A stretch of DNA of 32,000 bases. It comes from an uncultured Flavobacteriaceae bacterium. Lineage in GTDB: Bacteria > Bacteroidota > Bacteroidia > Flavobacteriales > Flavobacteriaceae. Position 1 is the stretch's first letter, and every line of letters begins with the position of its first letter. The notes beneath the pieces are model-generated. The model was not told the DNA's origin and did not search any database. It worked only from the letters and a program-made list of their open reading frames with translations. Below, piece by piece: positions 1 to 8,011 of the stretch. A program made the position numbers and the translations under genes. The stretch covers positions 486,154 through 518,153 of the forward strand of contig CAXYDR010000003.1 in NCBI GenBank assembly GCA_964276095.1, in the 5' to 3' direction.

Positions 1-438
1 ATTAGCAATTTTTATCGTGCTTTTCAGCAATTGGATGTTGAAAAAATGGTTTCCTATTACCATGATGATATTGAATTTATTGACCCAGGTTTTGGAACAT
101 TAAAAGGTAATGATGCTAAAAACATGTGGCGCATGATATGCTCAAGAGCTAAAGATTTTTCTTTAGATTTTAGCAATGTAACCGAAAACAGTGCACATTG
201 GGACACAACCTATACTTTTTCAACTACTGGAAATAAAGTAAACAATAGTATTGATGCTACATTTGAATTTAAAGATGGTAAAATAAGTAAACATGTAGAT
301 GTTTTCAATTTATACAAATGGGCATCACAAGCACTAGGATTTAAAGGAAGACTTTTAGGAGGAACTAAATTCTTTAAAAAGAAACTTAATAAACAGACGC
401 AAACACTTTTAGCTAAATACACAAAAAAACATTCGTAA
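1..438 (+). CDS. SnoaL-like / NTF2-fold protein, 5' end cut by the window edge
   Basis: Frame 1 is open from base 1 (ISNFYRAFQQLDVEKMVSYYHDDIEFIDP...), so the TTG at 31 in the track is internal. Stop TAA at 436-438. The size and the N-terminal F..A....D.....Y..DDI.F.DP pattern fit SnoaL/ketosteroid-isomerase-like domains. Confidence 0.7.
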   Translation: MSNFYRAFQQLDVEKMVSYYHDDIEFIDPGFGTLKGNDAKNMWRMICSRAKDFSLDFSNVTENSAHWDTTYTFSTTGNKVNNSIDATFEFKDGKISKHVDVFNLYKWASQALGFKGRLLGGTKFFKKKLNKQTQTLLAKYTKKHS

Positions 439-504
439 GATACTGACGTTTTTTTCAAGAAGAAAAAAGAGTTTAATACCCAAAATAAAATTTCCCTAAT
501 GAGC

Positions 505-540
505 ATAAAAAAAGGATCTTCTTTTCAGAAAATCCTTTTA
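505..540 (-). terminator. Intrinsic terminator downstream of tRNA-Gly copy 1
   Basis: Minus-sense hairpin AAAAGGAT-T-TTCT-GAAA-AGAA-G-ATCCTTTT followed by a T-run. It lies directly 3' of the tRNA on the minus strand. Confidence 0.6.
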
Positions 541-549
541 CCCTATTTG

Positions 550-622
550 AGCGAGAGACCAGGTTCGAACTGGCGACATTCAGCTTGGAAGGCTGACGCT
601 CTACCAGCTGAGCTACTCTCGC
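550..622 (-). tRNA. tRNA-Gly (anticodon UCC), copy 1
   Basis: Reverse complement is GCGAGAGTAGCTCAGCTGGTAGAGCGTCAGCCTTCCAAGCTGAATGTCGCCAGTTCGAACCTGGTCTCTCGCT. It folds as a 73-nt cloverleaf: 7-bp acceptor stem, GCTC/GAGC D stem, TCAGC/GCTGA anticodon stem, loop CTTCCAA (anticodon TCC), T-loop TTCGAAC, discriminator U. CCA is not encoded. Confidence 0.93.
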
Positions 623-632
623 AAGCGTTCGG

Positions 633-665
633 CAAATATAAGAATTTTAAATTCTTATTACCAAA
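633..665 (-). promoter_or_regulatory. Bacteroidota-type promoter for tRNA-Gly copy 1 (TTTG-N21-TATATTTG)
   Basis: Minus-sense TATATTTG (633-640) matches the TAnnTTTG -7 consensus and ends 10 nt before the tRNA 5' end. TTTG (662-665) lies 21 nt upstream. The palindrome AGAATTT-T-AAATTCT (641-655) fills the spacer. Confidence 0.55.
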
Positions 666-700
666 CATTTTTTCAAAAAAAAAAACTTAAAATATGGGAA

Positions 701-736
701 ATAAAAAAAGGATCTTCTTTTCAGAAAATCCTTTTA
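701..736 (-). terminator. Intrinsic terminator downstream of tRNA-Gly copy 2
   Basis: Identical copy of the 505-540 hairpin and T-run. Confidence 0.6.
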
Positions 737-745
737 CCCTATTTG

Positions 746-818
746 AGCGAGAGACCAGGTTCGAACTGGCGACATTCAGCTTGGAAGGCTGACGCTCTAC
801 CAGCTGAGCTACTCTCGC
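746..818 (-). tRNA. tRNA-Gly (anticodon UCC), copy 2
   Basis: Identical 73-nt sequence to copy 1. Confidence 0.93.
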
Positions 819-828
819 AAGCGTTCGG

Positions 829-861
829 CAAATATAGGTAGTTTTATTAACTACCACCAAA
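829..861 (-). promoter_or_regulatory. Bacteroidota-type promoter for tRNA-Gly copy 2 (TTTG-N21-TATATTTG)
   Basis: Minus-sense TATATTTG at 829-836 and TTTG at 858-861, again 21 nt apart. The hairpin GGTAGTT-TTATT-AACTACC (837-855) occupies the spacer. It may also terminate the upstream GNAT gene. Confidence 0.55.
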
Positions 862-933
862 CTTTTTTTAATAAAAATTCAATCAATTTACAACCTCCTA
901 ACTATCAAAGCTATAAAACTCACTTTAAATTTA

Positions 934-1359
934 CTATAAGGTTTTATAAAAGTGATATCCATAGATTTCATAACCTTCATTGTAATAAAACTTATGCGAC
1001 GGGTAGTTTTGAACATAAGTATTTAACTCACTAGAGTTGCATCCCTTCTCTTTTGCGTAGGCATGCATCCAATCAAAAAAACGTTTACCTAAACCTTTTC
1101 TTCTATACTCATTGGATATATACACATGATCAGGCTCCATACTTTTTCCAGAATAATGTCGTGTCATAAACCACATACCTGTAACACCAATTATCTTTTT
1201 CCCATCATACATAGCAGCACATTCATAATTTTGAGTTGCCATTTCTACAAAACGTGCTTCCAAAACTTTAGTTTCTGTATTCCCTTTTGTATACTCTATC
1301 ATTAGTGGAATGATATCTAAAATCTGGTCTTTTGATAAAACTTTTATGGATATATTCAT
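934..1359 (-). CDS. GNAT family N-acetyltransferase (141 aa)
   Basis: Acetyl-CoA binding core ...VYISNEYRRKGLGKRFFDWMHAYAKEKG... (R-x-x-G-x-G/A motif). Size is typical of a single GNAT domain. Confidence 0.85.
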   Translation of the reverse strand: MNISIKVLSKDQILDIIPLMIEYTKGNTETKVLEARFVEMATQNYECAAMYDGKKIIGVTGMWFMTRHYSGKSMEPDHVYISNEYRRKGLGKRFFDWMHAYAKEKGCNSSELNTYVQNYPSHKFYYNEGYEIYGYHFYKTL

Positions 1360-1391
1360 GTGCTTATTTGCTATTGTTTATTTTTGATTCT

Positions 1392-1399
1392 CAAATTTA
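1392..1399 (-). promoter_or_regulatory. -7 box TAAATTTG upstream of the 141-aa GNAT gene
   Basis: Minus-sense TAAATTTG matches TAnnTTTG, 32 nt upstream of the ATG at 1359. No clear -33 TTTG. Confidence 0.35.
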
Positions 1400-1425
1400 G
1401 TCGAAAAAAATAGTGTTTGTTACAT

Positions 1426-2367
1426 ATGGAACGAATTATTGAAACAGAGCGGTTATACCTAAGGAAATTCATGTTAAAAGATGCTTCTGCATTATTTAAA
1501 ATGAATAGCAATCCAAATGTACTACAGTATACTGGTGATGCTCCGTTTAAGAACATTAAAACTGCTGAAGATTTTATAAAAAACTACAACCATTATGACA
1601 CTTATAATATGGGGCGATGGGCTGTTTGCGGTAAAAGACAAGGGGAGTTTTTGGGCTGGTGTGGTTTAAAATATCACCCCAAGCAAGATTATGTTGATGT
1701 TGGTTATCGCTTTTTTGAAAAACACTGGAATAAAGGTTTTGCTACCGAAGCTACAAAAGGCGTACTTTCCTATGCGTTTAATGCATTACGTATTCAAGAT
1801 GTTTATGCTTATGTAGATATACGAAATTCTGGATCGATGAAAGTAGCAGAGAAATCAGGTTTGTCTTTTTTAAAAGAAGTAATTCATGAAGATAACCCGA
1901 CCAATATCTATCATATTAAAAACGAATTGGTAAATGTAAAAGAAATTACCACCGAAGAAACAATAACTATAAGGCATCAAGTATTACGACAAGGCAAACC
2001 AATTGAATCTTGCTACTTTGAAGGAGACAATAAACCTTCTACTTTTCACTTAGGCTTATATTATTATGGAGAATTAATTGGGGTAGCTACTTTTATGAAA
2101 AATACCCATCAAGAGTTTAATGAGAAACATCAATTTCAATTACGCGGAATGGCCATTTTACATCAATTTCAAGGAAAAAGACTTGGGAATGTATTGTTAG
2201 AAAAAAGTATTCAACAATTAAAACAGCTGAACACAGACTTATTATGGTGTAATGCTAGAAAAAACGCTACTAATTTTTATTCTAAGTTTGGATTTAACAC
2301 CTATGGCAAACCTTTTGATATACCAAATATAGGTGAACACTATACAATGTTTAAAAACATTAATTAG
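1426..2367 (+). CDS. Two-domain GNAT acetyltransferase: RimJ/RimL-like N-domain fused to a second GNAT domain (313 aa)
   Basis: N half: IETERLYLRKF...WNKGFATEA, RimJ/L-like. C half: QLRGMAILHQFQGKRLGNVLLEKSI...NATNFYSKFGF, a second acetyl-CoA motif. I prefer the ATG at 1426 over the TTG at 1417 in the track. Confidence 0.8.
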   Translation: MERIIETERLYLRKFMLKDASALFKMNSNPNVLQYTGDAPFKNIKTAEDFIKNYNHYDTYNMGRWAVCGKRQGEFLGWCGLKYHPKQDYVDVGYRFFEKHWNKGFATEATKGVLSYAFNALRIQDVYAYVDIRNSGSMKVAEKSGLSFLKEVIHEDNPTNIYHIKNELVNVKEITTEETITIRHQVLRQGKPIESCYFEGDNKPSTFHLGLYYYGELIGVATFMKNTHQEFNEKHQFQLRGMAILHQFQGKRLGNVLLEKSIQQLKQLNTDLLWCNARKNATNFYSKFGFNTYGKPFDIPNIGEHYTMFKNIN

Positions 2368-2478
2368 ATCTTCAACGGATTTTTTATACGTTTCAAAGTA
2401 ATTCAATTAGAAATCGTACATATTCAATTGATAAACAACTAAGAATTTCGTAATTTTAATACAGACGCAAACCAAATC

Positions 2479-3240
2479 ATGAGAGGAAGAAAGTTAAAAA
2501 TAAGATTATTAATAGGTGTAGCAATTATAGCTTTTGCATATATACAAAGATGCAATAGGCAAGAAATAAACCCGTATACTGGAAAAAAACAAGCTATTTC
2601 AATGACTACGGATCAGGAAATTGCTATTGGTTTGCAGAATACTCCACAAATGACAGAACAGCACGGAGGCTTATATCCTGATGAACGCTTACAAGCCTAT
2701 GTGGATATGGTGGGAAATAAATTAGTAAACTCAAGTTTAGCAAGAGAAACTCCTTATAAATATGATTTCCATTTATTAGCAGATGACCAAACAATTAACG
2801 CCTTTGCCCTACCAGGAGGACAATGTTTTATTACGTATGCTTTGTTGAGTAAACTTGAAAGTGAAGATCAACTAGCTGGTGTTTTAGGGCATGAAATAGG
2901 ACATGTATTAGGGAAGCATTCAGCAGAACGAATTACAGAATCCGAATATTGGAGCACAGTAACCACTGGAGCAACAGTATTTGACATGGGAAGTGTTGCT
3001 GGCGGTTATGGCCAAAACACATTACTTAAAAACGGTAGAGGTGATGAATTAGAGAGTGATGAATTAGGTGTTAAATTTATGATTGATGCTGGTTACAACC
3101 CAGAAGCAATGATTGGAGTTATGCAAATATTAAAAAATGCAGCTGGACCAAACAGAGTTCCTGAATTCCAAAGCTCACACCCTGACCCAGAAAATAGAAT
3201 TGAAAAAATTAAAGAAGCAATTAAAAAATATAAACACTAG
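2479..3240 (+). CDS. M48 family zinc metalloprotease, membrane-anchored or exported
   Basis: HEIGH zinc motif (GHEIGHVLGKHSAER), an N-terminal hydrophobic anchor (LLIGVAIIAFAYI), and NAFALPGG upstream of the HExxH as in M48 peptidases. Confidence 0.85.
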   Translation: MRGRKLKIRLLIGVAIIAFAYIQRCNRQEINPYTGKKQAISMTTDQEIAIGLQNTPQMTEQHGGLYPDERLQAYVDMVGNKLVNSSLARETPYKYDFHLLADDQTINAFALPGGQCFITYALLSKLESEDQLAGVLGHEIGHVLGKHSAERITESEYWSTVTTGATVFDMGSVAGGYGQNTLLKNGRGDELESDELGVKFMIDAGYNPEAMIGVMQILKNAAGPNRVPEFQSSHPDPENRIEKIKEAIKKYKH

Positions 3241-3243
3241 CCT

Positions 3244-4866
3244 TTGAAAAAACTATTACTTTATACCATCTTTTTTTGTGTATTACTAAGTGCTTTATCA
3301 TGTAAAAAACAACATGATTTAACCTTGATAAAATCCACAAACAGTGCAACTATAAAACAGCTATATGTTACTGTTTCTAGTAATGCACTAAATGAAGTGT
3401 TGTTAAAACTAAAACAAGATTCATTATCATTCAATCTTAAAAATAAAGATTCAGTTCTTGCTTTTTATGAGCTATGTAACGGAAAAGCAGCTTGGGAAAC
3501 TATTAAAAACAGGAATACACTGTACACAGCAATTAAAATGGCTGAAAAACAAGGTTTAAATCCTTCAGATTACAACCTAACAAAAATTGAAGACATAATA
3601 AGTTCTGATCCTTTTAGCACAAATAACAATGCTGCAATTGATTTATTATTAACTGATACCTATTTAACGTATTCCTACCATTTAGCAAACGGAAAAATTA
3701 ATCCAAAAAAACTATATGACGATTGGAAATTAGATTCTAATGTATTTGAATTCAATTCAATATTATGCAACTCAATAAATAACAACACACTTTCTAAATC
3801 ATTTAAAAAATATACTCCACAGCATAAAATTTACAACCAATTATCGAAACAATTACCTATCTCTAAAGCATTAGTATATAGTGATTCTTTAAGAACAATA
3901 ATTGAACATGGATCAAAAATAAGACCTAATAAAAGTAACAAGCGAATAATCAGTATTAGAAAACGACTAAATGAATTAGGGTACTTAAAAGATTCTTTAG
4001 TTACAAAATCTGAAGTACTAGACACGCTATTGCAAGAGAGCGTTAGGGAATTTCAAACTGCGAAGAAATTGAAAACCGACGCTATTATTGGTATTGGCAC
4101 AATTGATGCATTGAACGAAAGTTATCAAGATCAATACAATAGTGTCCTAGTAAACCTAGAACGATGGAGATGGTTTCCTAGAAATTTAGGAGAAGATTAT
4201 ATTTTAGTTAATGTAGCAGACTTCAAACTTAAACACATAACCAAAAAAGATACAACTCAATACACTATAATTGTAGGGAAAACCGCGCGTAAAACACCCG
4301 TTTTTAGCTCTCAAATAAGTCATTTAGATTTTAATCCAAAATGGTTTATTCCTCCCACCATAAAAAAAGAAGATATTATTCCTGCTGCAACAAAGGATAT
4401 TGAATATTTACGACGAAAAAATATATCTGTATTTCATAAAGGCAAAAAAATGATACTTGATTCTATCAATTGGAATTCAAGTGCACCTTCATCATATAGC
4501 TATGTTCAAAGTTCAGGAAATAGCAATGCTTTAGGTAGAGTTAAAATTATTTTCCCGAATAAATTTTCCGTGTACCTACATGATACACCAAGTAAATCAT
4601 TATTTAAGAAAAACTATAGAGCAAGAAGTTCAGGATGTATTAGAGTGCAAAATGTGTTTTCTTTAGCTGGTGAAATCCTAAACATGTCAGATGACAAAAT
4701 AACAAGCTTAGTGGACAGCAAGAAAACCAAAAGGATTCACGTTAAAGATACCATTAAGGTTCACTCTTTTTATTGGTCCGTTGTCTTCAACAATAATGAG
4801 GAACCATTGTTTTTAAATGATGTCTATAAGTTAGATAAGGAGTTAGCTCAAAAATTAGCTAATTAA
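3244..4866 (+). CDS. L,D-transpeptidase family lipoprotein (YcbB/LdtD-like: PG-binding domain plus YkuD domain)
   Basis: Lipoprotein signal MKKLLLYTIFFCVLLSALSC. PG_binding_1-like segment (RKRLNELGYL...VREFQ...DAIIGIGTIDALN). YkuD catalytic motif YLHDTP...RSSGCIRV. TTG start at 3244, 3 nt after the M48 stop. Confidence 0.88.
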   Translation: MKKLLLYTIFFCVLLSALSCKKQHDLTLIKSTNSATIKQLYVTVSSNALNEVLLKLKQDSLSFNLKNKDSVLAFYELCNGKAAWETIKNRNTLYTAIKMAEKQGLNPSDYNLTKIEDIISSDPFSTNNNAAIDLLLTDTYLTYSYHLANGKINPKKLYDDWKLDSNVFEFNSILCNSINNNTLSKSFKKYTPQHKIYNQLSKQLPISKALVYSDSLRTIIEHGSKIRPNKSNKRIISIRKRLNELGYLKDSLVTKSEVLDTLLQESVREFQTAKKLKTDAIIGIGTIDALNESYQDQYNSVLVNLERWRWFPRNLGEDYILVNVADFKLKHITKKDTTQYTIIVGKTARKTPVFSSQISHLDFNPKWFIPPTIKKEDIIPAATKDIEYLRRKNISVFHKGKKMILDSINWNSSAPSSYSYVQSSGNSNALGRVKIIFPNKFSVYLHDTPSKSLFKKNYRARSSGCIRVQNVFSLAGEILNMSDDKITSLVDSKKTKRIHVKDTIKVHSFYWSVVFNNNEEPLFLNDVYKLDKELAQKLAN

Positions 4867-5562
4867 CTTCGAGTGAGTTTTATAATTTTTATTTGGGTGA
4901 TAAATAAACAAACAAGATTTATTTTTTATTTTTTTGATAATTGCATTATTAACTGCAGTAGGAACAGCAGGACAACCTAAGCTTCTTCCTAGCCTTCCGT
5001 TACGTTTTGTAAAATCTGGGTTTGAATATTTAGCTCCATGAAAAACAACATAACGCTTTCTTGCATTATCATTAAAACCTTTTTCTTGTCCATCTAAAAA
5101 TAATGATAAACCGTTTTTACCGTAATACGTATTGTCTGTTACATAAAACCCTAAAGAACTTTGATTAGAATTATTTGTATTCGAAAATTTTGTAGCGAAT
5201 TCTCCTCCTGTATTTCTTCCGTGAGCAACAACTGTATTAAATAACACTTTATTTGTTGTCATATCTAAAACCCATAATCTTTTTGCAGTAGAGGAAAGAC
5301 TAAAATCTATAATTGTTAAAGTCTCATTTTTGATTTTCCCTTGTACCTTTAATTTTGAATACCCTTTAATAGCATTCGAAAAACTCTCTAATTGAGGCAT
5401 TGATATATTCTGATTTGCGAAAATTTCATACAAAGCTAAAATTTCAACATCTTCTTCAACTGAAGCAACTATTTTATTAGGATTAGTCTTTGTAGCGTAA
5501 GGATTAGTAAACGAGGATAAAAGAACAATACTAAATAGTAGAGTGAAGAAACGTAATTGCAT
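4855..5562 (-). CDS. Murein L,D-transpeptidase catalytic-domain family protein (YkuD_2-like), exported
   Basis: Signal peptide MQLRFFTLLFSIVLLSS. Catalytic H...SxGC motif VVFHGAKYS...GRSLGCPAV. The 3' end overlaps the convergent gene by 12 bp (4855-4866). Confidence 0.8.
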   Translation of the reverse strand: MQLRFFTLLFSIVLLSSFTNPYATKTNPNKIVASVEEDVEILALYEIFANQNISMPQLESFSNAIKGYSKLKVQGKIKNETLTIIDFSLSSTAKRLWVLDMTTNKVLFNTVVAHGRNTGGEFATKFSNTNNSNQSSLGFYVTDNTYYGKNGLSLFLDGQEKGFNDNARKRYVVFHGAKYSNPDFTKRNGRLGRSLGCPAVPTAVNNAIIKKIKNKSCLFIYHPNKNYKTHSKLIS

Positions 5563-5602
5563 AAGTTGAGTAGGTTTGGTTTGGTTCTTTTTTCAAAGAG
5601 AT

Positions 5603-5633
5603 CAAATATATCATTTTATTAACAATTTCCAAA
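5603..5633 (-). promoter_or_regulatory. Bacteroidota-type promoter TTTG-N19-TATATTTG for the YkuD_2 gene
   Basis: Minus-sense TATATTTG at 5603-5610 and TTTG at 5630-5633 with a 19-nt spacer. The -7 box is 40 nt upstream of the ATG at 5562. Confidence 0.5.
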
Positions 5634-5756
5634 TATTATTGTACAAAACACATAAATTATGTTGTAAAACAACTATTTACTGAAGAATAGAGTGTTTTAC
5701 ATGTCACATAGTCAATTGTCATTATTTACTAGGGATATTACCTACTTTATAAACAA

Positions 5757-5790
5757 GAAAAAATGCTACTCGATAAACTCAAGTAGCATT
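5757..5790 (-). terminator. Intrinsic terminator after the ankyrin gene
   Basis: 9-bp stem AATGCTACT/AGTAGCATT (5762-5790), followed on the minus strand by a T-run. Confidence 0.65.
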
Positions 5791-5812
5791 TAAACTATAA
5801 ACTAAACTAACA

Positions 5813-6208
5813 CTATTTACTCTTTCTCATCTCTTTTAATAATTCATAAGCTTCAATTGCACCAGATCTTTTTGCATATTGTGCTACAGAAGTCCCATGT
5901 TTATCTACTGCTTTAATATCTGCTCCTTTTTCAACTAGCAACTTAATAATTTCTATTCTATTATATCTAGCCGCATACATTAACGGAGACTTGCCTCCAG
6001 AAAATTTATTTACACTAACTCCCATCTTTATTAATTTCTTAACGGTTTGAATATCATTTTTAGAAATAGATTGACAAAATGGACTAACATCTACAATTGC
6101 TACCTCAGTAACATTATTTAAATTGTTTTGCAGATTGTCTCCTTCAATTGAATTTGCGCTTGCAATTAGCCCAAAAGCTAAAGCTGCAGTTAAAATGTGA
6201 TTTTTCAT
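5813..6208 (-). CDS. Exported ankyrin-repeat protein (131 aa)
   Basis: Start moved to the ATG at 6208, giving the signal peptide MKNHILTAALAFGLIASANS. ANK repeats: KSPLMYAARYNRIEIIKLLVEKGADIKAVDKHGTSVAQYA. Confidence 0.8.
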   Translation of the reverse strand: MKNHILTAALAFGLIASANSIEGDNLQNNLNNVTEVAIVDVSPFCQSISKNDIQTVKKLIKMGVSVNKFSGGKSPLMYAARYNRIEIIKLLVEKGADIKAVDKHGTSVAQYAKRSGAIEAYELLKEMRKSK

Positions 6209-6378
6209 GATTTTTTGATTTTTTTGATTAATGATGTATTCTTTTATAAAAATAATCAATACTTGGGTAATAGCATTTGAATTACATTCATATAACATAA
6301 GTTTAACTTTATGTTCAAATTCTGTTAAAAAAAACATAACAAAACATCAACATGGCAAAAAATCAAACCACTGTATAA

Positions 6379-6386
6379 TACATTTG
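6379..6386 (+). promoter_or_regulatory. -7 box TACATTTG upstream of gpmI
   Basis: Matches TAnnTTTG, 31 nt before the ATG at 6418. No clear -33 element. Confidence 0.35.
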
Positions 6387-6417
6387 TTTGTATCTTTGCC
6401 TACAATTAATCATTCTC

Positions 6418-7932
6418 ATGAATAAGAAAACAATTCTTTTAATACTAGATGGATGGGGAATCCCTGAAGATAAAAACGCTTCAGCAATTCACCATGCAAA
6501 TACTCCTTTTATAGATAGTCTTTACAATGATTATCCAAATACAACATTATTGACCCACGGAATGAATGTTGGTTTACCAGACGGACAGATGGGGAATAGT
6601 GAGGTTGGACATATGAATTTAGGTGCAGGAAGAATTGTTTATCAAGATTTAGCAAAAATAAACTTAGCCGTTCAAAACAACACTTTAAAAGATGAGCGAA
6701 CACTTATTGATGCGTTTTCTTATGCAAAAGAACATAATAAAAACATTCATTTTCTTGGTTTAGTATCAGACGGAGGTGTACATGCACACATCAATCATAT
6801 TAAAGGTTTAGTAGATGCTGCTGAAGATTTTGGAATAACCAACTCATTTATTCACGCCTTTACTGACGGAAGAGATGTTGATCCCAAATCAGGAATTGAC
6901 CACATAACTGATTTACAAAATCATATAAAAAATAAAAATACAACTCTAGCTTCTGTCATTGGTAGATACTACGCAATGGACAGAGATAATAGATGGGAAC
7001 GTGTTGCTGAAGCTTATAACTTATTAGTGAATGGTAAAGGACAGCATACTGAAAATATCACTGAAGCTATTCAACAAAGTTATGATAATTCTATAACCGA
7101 TGAATTTATCAAACCTATTGTTATTAGCAAAAACGGAACTCCTGTAACTACAATTAAAGAAGACGATGTGGTTATTTTCTTTAATTTCAGAACAGATCGT
7201 GGTCGTGAATTAACTAATGCGTTAACGCAAAATGATTTTCCGGATTTCGGAATGAGAAAATTAAACTTACATTTTACTACTTTAACAAATTACGACGATT
7301 CGTTTAAAGGTATTAATGTAGTTTTCAATAAAGAGAATATAAAAGATACTTTAGGAGAAATTATTTCAAAATCAGGAAAAAAACAAATACGGATTGCCGA
7401 AACAGAGAAATATCCTCATGTAACTTTTTTCTTTAATGGTGGTAGAGAAGAACCTTTTGATAATGAAAAAAGAATTCTTTGCCCTTCTCCAAAAGTAGCA
7501 ACTTATGACATGCAACCAGAAATGAGTTCGCATGATATAACCAAAGCTATTGTTCCGGAAATAAACACTCAATGGGCCGATTTTATATGTCTTAATTTTG
7601 CAAATCCTGATATGGTTGGTCACACTGGAAGTATGGAAGCAGCAGTTAAATCGTGTGAAGCAACAGACGTTTGTACAAAACAAGTTATTGAAGCCGCTTT
7701 GCAAAATGGATATACAACCTTAGTAATTGCAGATCATGGGAATTGCGAAAAAATGTTTAACAAAGATGGAAGCCCACATACAGCTCATACAACAAACCCT
7801 GTTCCGTTAATTGTCGTTGACAAAGACATTAAAACCGTAAAAGAAGGTGTTTTAGGAGATATCGCTCCTACTATATTACATTTATTAGGTATTGAAAAAC
7901 CAAAATTAATGACGCAAAATTCATTAGTTTAA
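6418..7932 (+). CDS. gpmI: 2,3-bisphosphoglycerate-independent phosphoglycerate mutase
   Basis: MNKKTILLILDGWG..., NSEVGHMNLGAGR, FTDGRD, NPDMVGHTG, ADHGN are hallmark iPGM motifs. About 504 aa. Start at the ATG at 6418, not 6388. Confidence 0.95.
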   Translation: MNKKTILLILDGWGIPEDKNASAIHHANTPFIDSLYNDYPNTTLLTHGMNVGLPDGQMGNSEVGHMNLGAGRIVYQDLAKINLAVQNNTLKDERTLIDAFSYAKEHNKNIHFLGLVSDGGVHAHINHIKGLVDAAEDFGITNSFIHAFTDGRDVDPKSGIDHITDLQNHIKNKNTTLASVIGRYYAMDRDNRWERVAEAYNLLVNGKGQHTENITEAIQQSYDNSITDEFIKPIVISKNGTPVTTIKEDDVVIFFNFRTDRGRELTNALTQNDFPDFGMRKLNLHFTTLTNYDDSFKGINVVFNKENIKDTLGEIISKSGKKQIRIAETEKYPHVTFFFNGGREEPFDNEKRILCPSPKVATYDMQPEMSSHDITKAIVPEINTQWADFICLNFANPDMVGHTGSMEAAVKSCEATDVCTKQVIEAALQNGYTTLVIADHGNCEKMFNKDGSPHTAHTTNPVPLIVVDKDIKTVKEGVLGDIAPTILHLLGIEKPKLMTQNSLV

Positions 7933-8011
7933 ATAACTATTACACAAACTAACCCACTAATAGTAATAAATAATATTTTACGTACTTTTACCCAACTATA
8001 TAAATTATTTC

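Larger units (their letters stand above)
505..836. repeat. Direct repeat: 136-bp perfect copies at 505-640 and 701-836 (offset 196 bp), each carrying terminator, tRNA-Gly and -7 box
   Basis: The two stretches are identical base for base by eye. The 60-bp spacer (641-700) and the sequence beyond 836 are unrelated. Confidence 0.9.

Noticed and set aside
210-506. 98-aa minus-strand ORF
   Set aside because: It is antisense to the well-supported SnoaL-like CDS and runs into the tRNA terminator. It has low-complexity F/L/K-rich composition typical of shadow ORFs in AT-rich DNA.
499-690. 63-aa plus-strand ORF (MSIKKGSSFQKILLPYLSERPGSNWRH...)
   Set aside because: It is read straight through the minus-strand tRNA-Gly and its terminator. 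The protein-like string is the antisense of a tRNA.
505-836. The tRNA repeat as an integration site or genomic-island boundary, or as a CRISPR-like array
   Set aside because: There is no integrase, transposase or phage gene anywhere in the window. There are only two repeat copies, and each contains a whole tRNA, so this is a gene duplication, not attL/attR or CRISPR.
1371-1556. 61-aa minus-strand ORF spanning the GNAT divergent region
   Set aside because: It overlaps the 5' end of the two-domain GNAT gene on the opposite strand and covers the promoter region. No support.
6209-6425. N-terminal extensions offered by the track for the ankyrin gene (to 6337) and gpmI (from 6388), plus ORF 6231-6425
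   Set aside because: The downstream ATGs (6208 and 6418) give a canonical signal peptide and the canonical iPGM N-terminus. The extensions overlap each other and the divergent promoter region. Starts at 17897, 25037, 1417 and 10724 were trimmed for similar reasons.
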